Part shown: positions 40,244 to 50,317 of the stretch, in pieces
Layout of the letters: every line of letters starts with the position of its first letter
How positions within the stretch are numbered: the first letter of the stretch is position 1
Origin: an uncultured candidate division Zixibacteria bacterium
GTDB lineage: Bacteria > Zixibacteria > MSB-5A5 > GN15 > PGXB01
Reading direction: 5' to 3'
Assembly: GCA_963702205.1 (NCBI GenBank)
Contig: OY969724.1
Span: 800,001-864,000 of the forward strand
DNA length: 64,000 bases
Made by a program: the position numbers and the translations under genes
The notes under the pieces: generated by a model
The model's input: the letters and a program-made list of their open reading frames with translations, nothing else
The model's database searches: none
What the model was told of the DNA's origin: nothing

Positions 40244-42176
40244 CCGTGCGCGAATAGTCAAGGATGTACTGTGGATACTGGCCCTGTTCGGCCTGGTGGC
40301 GGGCGTATTTCGGCTCATTTTCGGATTGGGCGCGACAACCAATTTGACCGACGGCGTTCCATGGGGGCTGTGGAAAGTATTCAACATGATTGCCGGAGTG
40401 GCTCTTTCGACCAGCGGATTCACGATTGGTTTTCTGGTGTACGTTCTTCATATGAAGCGGTTCAAATCGTTCGTCAAGCCGGCCATCCTGATTGCTTTTC
40501 TGGGTTATGGATGTTCATGCCTGGCCCTGTTATTCGATATCGGGATCCCCTATCGCTTCTGGCACCCGGTTTTTATGTGGAATTTTAATTCCTTCCTGTT
40601 TGAGGTGTTCTGGTGCGTGCTTTTATACTTTACCGTCACATTCATTGAACTGGCACCGACTCTGCTGGATGGCATGAAGGCGAAGCGAATGGCGTCAGTC
40701 TTTCACGGTGTCGCTTTTGTTGCGGTTATCGTTGGAATTTCATTGTCGTCTTTACATCATTCTTCGCTGGGGTCCCTTTTTCTGGTTTCCCCTCAAAGGC
40801 TGTACCCCCTGTGGTATTCTCCGCGGTTGCCGTTGTTCTTTATAATCTCGGCTATGGCCGGGGGGATATTCTTTCTTGTTTTTGTCAAAATTGTCTGGTC
40901 AAAAATATATGATCCGGCGTCCGTGTTCGGTGTTAAATCCGGACCCGAGACTATGCAGCTGTCATCTCTTAACGGGTCATTATGCTGCATTGCATCGCGG
41001 TCGCTGCCGGGACCGGATATGTCAAAAATTGCCGGGCTGAGTCTTATCGGTGCGGGGCTGCTTGCTGTCTATTTGATACTTAAAATAATCGACCTGGTGG
41101 TTTTGCATAATTTAGCACTTCTAATATCCGGTTCCGTAGAAAGCTGGCTTTATATTCTGGAAATCGGGATCGGTGTAATTTTGCCGATTGTGTTGATTGC
41201 CATCCCGGGGACACGCAAAAGCCCGGTATATGCCGGCATTGCCGCCGGAGCCGCGGCTTTCGGACTCGTTTTCAACAGACTTAATGTCGGAATTTTCGGG
41301 TATGCCGCCGATGCCGGACAGGTGTATTTCCCGTCCTTGACCGAATGGGCGCTCGGAATTGGCGTTATCGCCGCCGCGGGACTGGTATTTATCAGTCTGA
41401 CAGAATACCTTCCTATATTCAATCCTATCCCCGCCAAGTCATTTACTGCGCATATTTTAGCGTCGGGTTTCGGTTCGGCCAGACGGATCTGGAATGTCGT
41501 GCTATCACACAGTTTAAATCGGGTGTCACTTATTGCGGTGTTTATTCTTCCCCTCGGATTCGTCCTGATGTATCCGCCTTATGATAAAGGGGGTGCAACC
41601 CTGGTCCGTCCGTCTTCAGGATTGGATATTACGCGGGCGGTTCTTAAAATCGACGGTAATCGCCGGAACTTCAAGACCATTTTCGATCATACCGATCATC
41701 AAAAACGCCTGGGCGACAGCACTTCTTGCATTAAATGTCACCATATTTCGCTTCCGGGAGACCGCTCGACACCGTGCTACCGATGCCACAGGTCAATGTA
41801 CGACACAACCAACATATTCAATCATGAAAGTCATATTGCCTCGATTACCCGGCGCGATTCTCTGGGAGGAGTGTGTCCGTCAAATAATACCTGTGTCGTG
41901 TGCCATCAGAAAGACGAGCCCAAGACCGCGTATTCATCCAAAAGCTGTCTGGAGTGTCATCGTGAGGATATGCTTCCCGGGCGGGCGGCTTCGACGCAGC
42001 CGGTCAACCTGGAATACGCCGTTTCGTATACCGATGCGATGCATCTGACTTGCATCGAATGTCATAAAGAGCAAAAAAGAATGGTGAATAAGGAAGATCT
42101 CGATAAATGCCAGACCTGTCACCAGTCTTTGAAAAAGGATGAGAATATCGTAAAAGCGGAAATCGCGAATAAATAG
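40236..42176 (+). CDS. NrfD/HybB/HmcC membrane protein fused to a class III-type multiheme cytochrome c
   Basis: PWGLW, DIG.P.RFWHP, SFLFEVFWC, HHSSLGSL; six CxxCH (CIKCH, CYRCH, CVVCH, CLECH, CIECH, CQTCH). Confidence 0.9.
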   Translation: MNNRARIVKDVLWILALFGLVAGVFRLIFGLGATTNLTDGVPWGLWKVFNMIAGVALSTSGFTIGFLVYVLHMKRFKSFVKPAILIAFLGYGCSCLALLFDIGIPYRFWHPVFMWNFNSFLFEVFWCVLLYFTVTFIELAPTLLDGMKAKRMASVFHGVAFVAVIVGISLSSLHHSSLGSLFLVSPQRLYPLWYSPRLPLFFIISAMAGGIFFLVFVKIVWSKIYDPASVFGVKSGPETMQLSSLNGSLCCIASRSLPGPDMSKIAGLSLIGAGLLAVYLILKIIDLVVLHNLALLISGSVESWLYILEIGIGVILPIVLIAIPGTRKSPVYAGIAAGAAAFGLVFNRLNVGIFGYAADAGQVYFPSLTEWALGIGVIAAAGLVFISLTEYLPIFNPIPAKSFTAHILASGFGSARRIWNVVLSHSLNRVSLIAVFILPLGFVLMYPPYDKGGATLVRPSSGLDITRAVLKIDGNRRNFKTIFDHTDHQKRLGDSTSCIKCHHISLPGDRSTPCYRCHRSMYDTTNIFNHESHIASITRRDSLGGVCPSNNTCVVCHQKDEPKTAYSSKSCLECHREDMLPGRAASTQPVNLEYAVSYTDAMHLTCIECHKEQKRMVNKEDLDKCQTCHQSLKKDENIVKAEIANK

Positions 42177-42299
42177 AGCGGTCATTTTCGGGACGGATAC
42201 GCGTTGCGGACCTAAGGAATTTTAATTTGACGAAATTCGTTCGAAATAATCATAAGCAGTTTCCCCGATAACCCGGTTGACAGTGAATCAATATTAATT

Positions 42300-42493
42300 G
42301 AATTTCATCAGGAACTTTCTAAAATCATTGATAAAGAAACGCTTTTTTTATATCCGGTTTGATTTTAATCGCTTACACAAAACACCTTGAGTTGATGAAT
42401 TGCGCTTTCAATGGTGTAGGCCTTTGTTTAAATATAAGTTGGGCTCATTTCAAAAATGTCATTATTGGCGATGTCTGATTGTGAAAAGGCGGC
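42300..42493 (+). repeat. att-like junction 2 (core variant GAAACGC)
   Basis: CAGGAACTTTCTAAAATCATTGATAAA-GAAACGC-T7-ATATCCGGTT...; right-arm similarity to junction 0 extends ~155 bp to AAAAGGCGGC. Confidence 0.78.
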
Positions 42494-42563
42494 TTTTCTA
42501 ACACCATTAACAACATCCAGGTATCGTTTGTTGTGCTGCTCGTGTCTAAACAAAGCGACCAAT

Positions 42564-42902
42564 TTAGCGAAGCGATTTCATCGCGTCTTCGACGCTTTCG
42601 TATGTTTGAAATATTCTCACAAGTTGTGTTATTGTCAGAAGAGTTTTTATGCCCTTAGTGATATTAGCCAACCTGAATTCTCCGCCTGCGCTATTGATAG
42701 TCGCCAAAGCTGAAATCAACATTCCCAGTCCAACTGAATTCATCAGGTCTACTTTGGCCAGGTCAATCACTATCCGCTTCTTACCGGCGTTGACAAGTTC
42801 ATGGATCTTGCCGTGGAACATGGTGGCATCCGGGCCTCCGATTACCTTACCCTTAAGTTGAATAATCGCCACGTCTCCCTTTGCTTCTTCCTGCAGCTTC
42901 AT
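42564..42902 (-). CDS. STAS domain anti-sigma factor antagonist
   Basis: DLAKVDLMNSVGLGML motif. Confidence 0.92.
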   Translation of the reverse strand: MKLQEEAKGDVAIIQLKGKVIGGPDATMFHGKIHELVNAGKKRIVIDLAKVDLMNSVGLGMLISALATINSAGGEFRLANITKGIKTLLTITQLVRIFQTYESVEDAMKSLR

Positions 42903-42977
42903 TGTGTCCTCCCTCAATTAATTTTTATATAGTTTCCATACTGCAGTCTCATTGACCTATCGTATATAATTCCTGTG

Positions 42978-45900
42978 CTATTCAAAGTCTTCCCATTGAC
43001 ACGGTTCCGGACCGGGAGGTTCATTATACAGGTGCGCAATCAGGTACAATATATCGATCAGGTTAATATATTGATCACAGTTGGCATCGCCAGCAGTCAA
43101 CGGATACGGGGCCGGTCCGGGCGGGTCATCGTATAGATATGCAATCAGATATAAAATATCTATCAGGTTGACGGTGTTATCTCTGGAGGCGTCGCCATTA
43201 TTGAAATGATAATTCTCGACGACTTCATAGCCCAGCGTATCAGCCATACCAGAGGCCGGGACATCGGCATTTTCGACAATAATTACCTGTAATGATCCAT
43301 CGATCCGAATACCCACGGAGTATATTGCTCCCGGTGGGGGGTCACCCTGTGAACGTACGATAATAATATAGTCACCTTCGAGAGGATATTGAATGGTGAT
43401 TGAATCATGCACAATATCCTCATACGTGGCATTTGTGCCAATAGTGTTGAAATATGTGTCATCTGACAGCTTTCCTATGCTATCTCCAGCCGGATCTAAA
43501 ACCTGTAAATTGATTGGCGAATAGCCAACAATTATCAGCGGTGTCGGCACCAGGTTGAAATTAGGCGCAAACTCGGAAGTGTTGCCCAGGGTATCGGTGC
43601 AGGTGGCGGTAATCATTGAAAAGTATGGAACCATGTTGTTGATTTGATATTCAAAGTCGCCGTTTCCGTCGGCGGTATCTGACCCAATATATGAATATGC
43701 TTCACCATAGCCTGAGGGATCGGCGGGTTGAGATGTGTCGCCTTCGGGATGAGCCACAAAGAATTCTATTATGGCGCTGTCGGCAGCTTTGCCATAAACC
43801 CTGAATGTACTATCCGGATTCATGAAGAGCGAATCGATTTCAGGATAATTCAACAGGCTATTGCAGCCATCGTCGGTATCGCCCGGATCATTAAGAGTAA
43901 CCCCATCTTCTTCCAAAGCAATTCCCAGACCACCATTCAAGTAAATGAGATTTCGTGCTATTGTATTAAGTTCGCTGAAGTATACGACTAAAACTCCGGC
44001 GTCGTCATTAAATGCTATAATATTGGAATCTATCAGATTGCCGTCACAATTAAAGTCGATCATTATCCCGTTACCATGATTGGATCGACCGGGGTGTAAC
44101 AAATCACCGCCAATATGATTTCCAATCACCTGATTGGAATCGGCATTGTCATAAATATAAATGCCATTTTCACCATTACCGTATATGATATTTCCATCGC
44201 CTGGATTGCGACCGCCAATAAATGTATTGGAGATCTCATAGTACAGACAAATCCCGCTAAAATGGTTTCCCACAATTGTATTTCCGATTATCGTATTGCT
44301 ATCGATATAGTCAGATGAGTTAGGTCCGATTTGAATGCCATGTCCCAGACAACCCGCAATGAGGTTCTCTGGCCCAATAGTATTTAGTCTGCATATATTA
44401 TCGGACGTAAAAATACCATAATTATTTGAAATAGTGTCGGTCATATTTGGCGCAAGACCGATTATATTATTGGCAACTTCATTTCTAAAGCCGTTTTCGA
44501 CGCCTCCGTCAAAATATATCGCCCGTGATGTATTACAAATGAAGTTGGGCAGCATAGTCGTATCGCCCACATAGTTACTGTCGGATGCCTGTATCCAGAT
44601 GCCGTCACCCTCTCGCGTATGTGTGCCCAGTTTTGTTCCCCACGGTGTCAAACCTATATAGTTGTTATATATGCTGTTATGTGCTGAGGAGTTTACCCAT
44701 ATGGCGGCGCTCGATGAGGCCATGGACATAATATTTTTGTCGTTGGCACCAGGACCACCGATCATATTATAATTGCCGTCGAGGTCTATTGCGAAGCCGT
44801 CCCCGGCTTCTCGCGCATCGCCATTGGAATTCACATTAAGATAGCAATTATATACATTATTATGATGGCCAAAAATCCTGATACACGCCCAGTCCCAATT
44901 GTTGATGGTCAATCCTTCAATCTCGCAATAGCTGCAGCTAAGTTGCAGACCGGAGATATGTGATCCCGTGAGAGATGATCCATCGATAATGATGCTGTGC
45001 GGGCCACCCGGCGCAGTTGACCCCAAAATTATGGTGGAATCATCAGTCAAGGCCGGCAATGCCGTCGAGAGATTTATAGTCCCCGATATAGAAAATGTAA
45101 TGGTGTCAGGACCGGCATTGGAATTGGCCCCATTGATGGCGGCGCGCAATGTCCCGACGCCGTCGTCATCAAGACTGGTGACTTCTCTATACGATGTCAT
45201 TTTGGTCCAGGCGGCAATATAAGAAGAAGGTTTTTCGCCGGCCATACTGAATCCCCCGCCCGCGTACAACTTGGAGCCACTAACGCCTAATGCCCAGACT
45301 ACATTATCAATGCCAGATCCCAAAGCCTCCCACGAAGATCCATCCCATGAGGCTATATGATTGGCTTCCATCCCACCGGCCATTGTAAGATGACCTGCGG
45401 CGATCAATTTGTTATCGAATACTTCGAGCGATTGTATTATATCATTTACACCGGGACCGATAGCCGACCATGTGGATCCATCCCAGGCGGCGATATCCTC
45501 GATACTGGCTCCTCCCGCGGTTGTGAAAAATCCTCCTGCAATCAATTCATTGTCGTAAACCGCAAGAGCACGTACATACGATGATGGTATGCCTCCTTCC
45601 ATTCCTGAACTGAGCGCCACCCAGGAGGCGCCGTCCCAGGCGGCAATACAATTGGCACCACTGCCTCCGGCTGAAGTAAACTTGCCGCCGGCAATCAACT
45701 TATTATCGAAGACAACCATATCATAAACATAATTATCCAGACCGGAACCTAAAGCAGACCAGGTTGATCCATTCCATGAGGCGATATAGCCAACACTTGT
45801 GCCCCCAGCGTTTGTGAATCCACCGCCTGCTATTAAATCGCCTTCGAAAACGGCCAGGGCATAAATATCTCCATTCATGCCAGACCCCAGAGCCGACCAG

Positions 45901-47432
45901 GAAGCACCATCCCATGCTGCGATACGGTTGGCGCCAACACCCCCGGCCGTCGAAAAATGACCTCCGGCAATCAATTGATTATCGTAAGTGGCAAGGGCAC
46001 GAACTGCCAGTGATGTCCCCCCCATACCGGATCCCAGAGATGACCAAGCGGAGCCATCCCAGGCTGCTATGCCGTTGACGGTTGCCCCGCCGGCGGTGGT
46101 GAAACTCCCCCCGCAAATCAGATCATTATCATATTCGGAAAGAGCATAAGCAAATTGGTCCATCCCCTGCCCCAGAGCTGACCAATCGGCTCCGTCCCAT
46201 GAAGCAATGCGATTTGTCGTCACGCCGCCGGCAGTGGGGAAAGAACCCCCCGCGATCAACTGGTTGTCATAAACGGTCAGGGCATTGACCCAGTCATTCA
46301 TTCCCAATCCCAGCGGCGACCAGCTGCTCCCATCCCAGGAAGCGATGTAATTTGCTATCACGCCGCCGGCAGTGGTGAAATGCCCCCCCGCGATCAGCTG
46401 GTTGTCATAAACGGTCAGGGCATGGATAGTGCTATTCATCCCCAATCCCAATGGCGACCAGCTGCTCCCATCCCAGGAAGCGATGCAATTCGCCGCCGTA
46501 CCGCCGGCCGTTGTGAAATCACCCCCCGCGATCAACTGGTTGTCATAAACGGTTAAGGCACGGACCCAGTCATTCATCCCCGATCCCAGCGGCGACCAAT
46601 TGCTCCCATCCCAGGAAGCGATGAAATACGCCGTTGTTCCGCCGGCCGTTGTGAAATCACCCCCCGCGATCAACTGGTTGTCATAAACGGTTAAGGCACG
46701 GACCCAGTCATTCATCCCCGATCCCAGCGGCGACCAATTGCTCCCATCCCAGGAAGCGATGTGATTCGCCGTCGTTCCGCCGGCCGTTGTGAAATTCCCC
46801 GCCGCGATCAGCTTATTGTCATAAACGGTCAGGGTCGAGACATCACCATCCATTCCTGATCCCAGCGGCGACCAATTGCTCCCATCCCAGGAAGCGATGT
46901 GATTTGCTGGCACGCCGTCGGCCGTTGTGAAATACCCCCCCGCGATCAACTGGTTGTCAAAAACGGTCAGGGCATGGACAAATCCATCCATCCCCGATCC
47001 CAGCGGCGACCAGTCGCTCCCATCCCAGGAAGCGATGTAATTCGCCGTCACGCCGCCGGCCGTTGTGAATTCACCCCCCGCAATCAGCTTATTGTCATAA
47101 ACGGTCATGGCCCAAATATAAGCATCGCATCCGGGTGAACAGAATCCCCCTTCCCAGTACACATCATCTGGGCTGGATTTGGAATAGTCGCCCCTGGCCA
47201 CGCGCACAATCGGATCACCAGTAACTGGATCAAGTTTAATGTCAAAACCATTGAGATTCAATGCCCCCTTATAGCCACTGGAGCGAATGGCCTGAAGATC
47301 GATATGGTTATCTGCGGTAAGATATTCTTGGATGTTTTTGCCTTTTTGATTTTCAATATCAGGTTGCCCCCATATCGTCGATGTACAGAGCAGCATGACT
47401 GCCGCCAGACAGATATTAAAGATACTGCGCAT
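42978..47432 (-). CDS. Giant secreted protein: ~14 propeller repeats, right-handed beta-helix, dockerin
   Basis: 46-aa ALTVYDNQLIAGG repeats; GTLRAAI..AN and Asn/Gly-rich beta-helix; C-terminal dockerin. Confidence 0.9.
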   Translation of the reverse strand: MRSIFNICLAAVMLLCTSTIWGQPDIENQKGKNIQEYLTADNHIDLQAIRSSGYKGALNLNGFDIKLDPVTGDPIVRVARGDYSKSSPDDVYWEGGFCSPGCDAYIWAMTVYDNKLIAGGEFTTAGGVTANYIASWDGSDWSPLGSGMDGFVHALTVFDNQLIAGGYFTTADGVPANHIASWDGSNWSPLGSGMDGDVSTLTVYDNKLIAAGNFTTAGGTTANHIASWDGSNWSPLGSGMNDWVRALTVYDNQLIAGGDFTTAGGTTAYFIASWDGSNWSPLGSGMNDWVRALTVYDNQLIAGGDFTTAGGTAANCIASWDGSSWSPLGLGMNSTIHALTVYDNQLIAGGHFTTAGGVIANYIASWDGSSWSPLGLGMNDWVNALTVYDNQLIAGGSFPTAGGVTTNRIASWDGADWSALGQGMDQFAYALSEYDNDLICGGSFTTAGGATVNGIAAWDGSAWSSLGSGMGGTSLAVRALATYDNQLIAGGHFSTAGGVGANRIAAWDGASWSALGSGMNGDIYALAVFEGDLIAGGGFTNAGGTSVGYIASWNGSTWSALGSGLDNYVYDMVVFDNKLIAGGKFTSAGGSGANCIAAWDGASWVALSSGMEGGIPSSYVRALAVYDNELIAGGFFTTAGGASIEDIAAWDGSTWSAIGPGVNDIIQSLEVFDNKLIAAGHLTMAGGMEANHIASWDGSSWEALGSGIDNVVWALGVSGSKLYAGGGFSMAGEKPSSYIAAWTKMTSYREVTSLDDDGVGTLRAAINGANSNAGPDTITFSISGTINLSTALPALTDDSTIILGSTAPGGPHSIIIDGSSLTGSHISGLQLSCSYCEIEGLTINNWDWACIRIFGHHNNVYNCYLNVNSNGDAREAGDGFAIDLDGNYNMIGGPGANDKNIMSMASSSAAIWVNSSAHNSIYNNYIGLTPWGTKLGTHTREGDGIWIQASDSNYVGDTTMLPNFICNTSRAIYFDGGVENGFRNEVANNIIGLAPNMTDTISNNYGIFTSDNICRLNTIGPENLIAGCLGHGIQIGPNSSDYIDSNTIIGNTIVGNHFSGICLYYEISNTFIGGRNPGDGNIIYGNGENGIYIYDNADSNQVIGNHIGGDLLHPGRSNHGNGIMIDFNCDGNLIDSNIIAFNDDAGVLVVYFSELNTIARNLIYLNGGLGIALEEDGVTLNDPGDTDDGCNSLLNYPEIDSLFMNPDSTFRVYGKAADSAIIEFFVAHPEGDTSQPADPSGYGEAYSYIGSDTADGNGDFEYQINNMVPYFSMITATCTDTLGNTSEFAPNFNLVPTPLIIVGYSPINLQVLDPAGDSIGKLSDDTYFNTIGTNATYEDIVHDSITIQYPLEGDYIIIVRSQGDPPPGAIYSVGIRIDGSLQVIIVENADVPASGMADTLGYEVVENYHFNNGDASRDNTVNLIDILYLIAYLYDDPPGPAPYPLTAGDANCDQYINLIDILYLIAHLYNEPPGPEPCQWEDFE
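46190..47110 (-). repeat. Intragenic 138-bp tandem repeats
   Basis: 46501-46623 and 46639-46761 appear identical; flanking units near-identical. Confidence 0.9.
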
Positions 47433-47511
47433 AAGTGCCCTCCGAGAATAAGCTGTTTTTATATCAGGGTCATGCTTGAACCACTATCTATTTCAAAATA
47501 CTAATTTTCCA

Positions 47512-48004
47512 TCATTCCGGGCATTGGGGTTCGGGGCCGGGGGGAGCATTATATTTATAGGCTATCAAATACAGAATATCTATAAGATTTACAAAAGTGT
47601 CTCCATTGGCGTCCATGAGTTCATTGCAACCGTCGGGATTGCCCGGCCCCGGGGGTGTGTTGTATTTGTATGCGATCAAGTACAAAAATGTCTATCAGAT
47701 TAACGGCATGATCGCTGTTGGCATCACCGGGGGTTCCCCAAATCTGGCAACAGCTTCCGCCATTGCCAAAATCCTGCCAGAATCCCTGATTTATGATATA
47801 GCCCGCCGATGTGCCCGGACCGACAGCCGTCTGGCCGACTGTCCCGCTCAAGACATAGTTGGTGGAAACGCCGTTCATGCAGCCTCCACCAGAAACGACC
47901 TGCCATTTGATTTGTTCGCCGGATTTGGTATCGGCCAGAACGAAGGTCATCATCCCGGCAATCAATAGCAGCGAGCAAAAATAAAAGATTGTTTTGGTTT
48001 TCAT
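47512..48004 (-). CDS. Small secreted WQVxSGGG...GFWQ domain plus dockerin protein; frameshift at ~47686
   Basis: Removing one base of the A5 run restores DILYLIAYKYNTPPGP...PQCPE stop 47512; paralog of 62753. Confidence 0.82.
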
Positions 48005-48059
48005 ATTACCGCCCAGTATTTATGGCACAATGTAAATTCATATTGCTATCAAGATTTAA

Positions 48060-50018
48060 TTATCGTTGTTCTGTTTCATGCCGATGGCTTTCGTTTTCCA
48101 GCGCGGTTTTATGATTCTCGAAATCTATAGCTTTTTCGATGCCGAACCCGAAAAGTTCCGGATTCTGGTAAAGGCCTTGTTTGTCGCCGGTTTTGAGTGA
48201 CTCGACTTCAATCACTTTCGCTTTGGCGAAGGCATCTTTGCGAACCCCTGTCACCTGCCACGAAACTTCCATGAACGGTTTGCCTCCCGCGATTATAAAG
48301 CTGTTATCTTCGATCTTTCTGGCGACGTAGAGTTCGGGCATCGACGCGCCAATCGGCGTCAGCTGGTAGCGATAATTATCGTTGAGGGCATCGAAGTACG
48401 AGGGGAGTTTGACGACCGCCTCGCCGTTGGCGTCGAGTTCGATGTTGCCGTTGTAAATGTTCATCATATCGGGGGAAGAAACATCAGAATGTGCAAGGTA
48501 CATGTTTGCGGGATCGACCGGGTGATCTATCATATATCCTCCGGCGGCCTTGGTATTGGTGCCGGTAGCGTGAAGATTACCAACGAAGTATCCGCCATAA
48601 TTAGAGGTTGTACTGCCGCATGAACCATACACCCCATAATTCGCCGTTCCATTGAGGGCTAACCCATAGACTCCTATAGTATATGCCCCATATCTGGCAT
48701 CACCCCGGATACCATAAGAGTACCCTGTGGTCAAATAAGAGGTTCTGGTTTCTGCAAGTGAAAATAATCCGTATCGCTGAGCACCGTCCGAATAGGCATG
48801 AATATTCGCACCATAGCAAAGTCCGCCCACAGAAGGCGTCTTGCAGTGCACAGCGGATGAAATGCCGGTTAAATAACCAGTATTAGCATTCTCCATCAGG
48901 ATACCCAAACCGGTATTATCCGTAGTTGTATTAAAATCTCGTCTAATATCAACAAAGTCATATATCGAAATGCCGTTATTATTTCCTATTCTAAGTCCGT
49001 AATCGTTGATTTGCAGTGTACTGTCTTTGAACTGAGTGGTTCCGCTGAAGGTTTTGTTCCCGGTAATTGTTTGGCTACTGGATAAATTCACTGCTGTCCC
49101 AGAAATTTTGTTTACTGCAATATTTGCTGAATAACTTATATCATCGTCAATAATAGTTTGGGTGCCAATGTCGGCTGTTGTAACGTTGCCATCGGCGATT
49201 TTGTCGGTGGTTACGCAATTTTGATTTAAATTGGTCGTATGGACTGCCAACGCCCCAAGCTTGCTGGATGTAATTGCTTGATCGTTAATTTTATCAGTCG
49301 TGACGCCGTTGGTCGCAATAGCCAGTGTCACCGAACCCGACGTTCCTCCTCCGGTCAGCCCGCCGGTGGCATTGACTTCGGTAATATCACCGGTTCCGGT
49401 CTGATCGTCGGCCAGCTGCCAATCCGAGCCGTCCCACTTGATAATCTGATTCGGCGCCAAGCCCGGTTCCAGCTCCTGCAAGCCGATCGACATGTCCTCA
49501 ATGTTGTCACCGGTAATCTCATCATAGCCGATATCCTCTGCCGTAATCGTGTGCGGCTGGATGTGCGAGGAATTGACGGCATTGGCGCCAATTTCGGTCG
49601 ACGTAATGCAACCCATGCACTCGAGAGACTGGGCGACGTCGGCGTTGCCGCTTTGCATCGAAAAGGCAGTGGACCCGAGTTTGGTTCTCGGACTTATTTC
49701 GGGATCGGCGCCGACGGTGACCCCGAGGTACCGGGCCGAATCATCGAATAGACCGCTCGGCAATTTAATTATCGAACCGAGCTGGTAGTTGAACAAGCCA
49801 CCCGTTACGATTACCGCCTGAATGCCGGACGACCACAGAGAGTCATCGTCGGATTCAGAAGCGTAGATTTTGAATTTAAGAAAATAGGTGTTGTCCGCAA
49901 CCGGGCTGCCGTCGATATCGGTCAACCGGCCCTGGTAGTTGATAAGTTGCGGAACCCCGGCCAGGGCCGATAGAACCAAAGCCATTAACGCCAGGATCAA
50001 GAGACAAATGCGACACAT
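48060..50018 (-). CDS. Secreted fibre-like protein with PQLINYQG N-terminal domain
   Basis: Signal peptide, VTTDKIAD decapeptide repeats, GVYG repeats, DHPVDPAN...VSWQVTG C-terminal domain. Confidence 0.8.
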   Translation of the reverse strand: MCRICLLILALMALVLSALAGVPQLINYQGRLTDIDGSPVADNTYFLKFKIYASESDDDSLWSSGIQAVIVTGGLFNYQLGSIIKLPSGLFDDSARYLGVTVGADPEISPRTKLGSTAFSMQSGNADVAQSLECMGCITSTEIGANAVNSSHIQPHTITAEDIGYDEITGDNIEDMSIGLQELEPGLAPNQIIKWDGSDWQLADDQTGTGDITEVNATGGLTGGGTSGSVTLAIATNGVTTDKINDQAITSSKLGALAVHTTNLNQNCVTTDKIADGNVTTADIGTQTIIDDDISYSANIAVNKISGTAVNLSSSQTITGNKTFSGTTQFKDSTLQINDYGLRIGNNNGISIYDFVDIRRDFNTTTDNTGLGILMENANTGYLTGISSAVHCKTPSVGGLCYGANIHAYSDGAQRYGLFSLAETRTSYLTTGYSYGIRGDARYGAYTIGVYGLALNGTANYGVYGSCGSTTSNYGGYFVGNLHATGTNTKAAGGYMIDHPVDPANMYLAHSDVSSPDMMNIYNGNIELDANGEAVVKLPSYFDALNDNYRYQLTPIGASMPELYVARKIEDNSFIIAGGKPFMEVSWQVTGVRKDAFAKAKVIEVESLKTGDKQGLYQNPELFGFGIEKAIDFENHKTALENESHRHETEQR

Positions 50019-50317
50019 AGTGTTCCTCCAGGTTTTTTAGTTAATTATGTGATATTTGTTTTTATGGCCAAAAGGAGCAAAATCGATATCAGATTTTACC
50101 CATGCGGACTGTACGGACAACGATATAACCGCCGCTTTACTGACATAAACAATGCCGCGCATAGGTCCCTCCAGAATTATAAACGGATTAAACGGGTTGT
50201 GCTCGAAACCCGTATAAATATAACTTATACGCCAATTTAGTCAATCAAAAGCTTTCGATGAGGTTGGCGACCGTTATCCCATAGCAGAGTCAAAGGTCTT
50301 ATAAGCCATATGGTTGT

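Noticed and set aside
46190..47110. Regular DNA repeats that could look like a CRISPR array
   Set aside because: 138-bp in-frame coding repeats with no unique spacers, and no cas genes in the window
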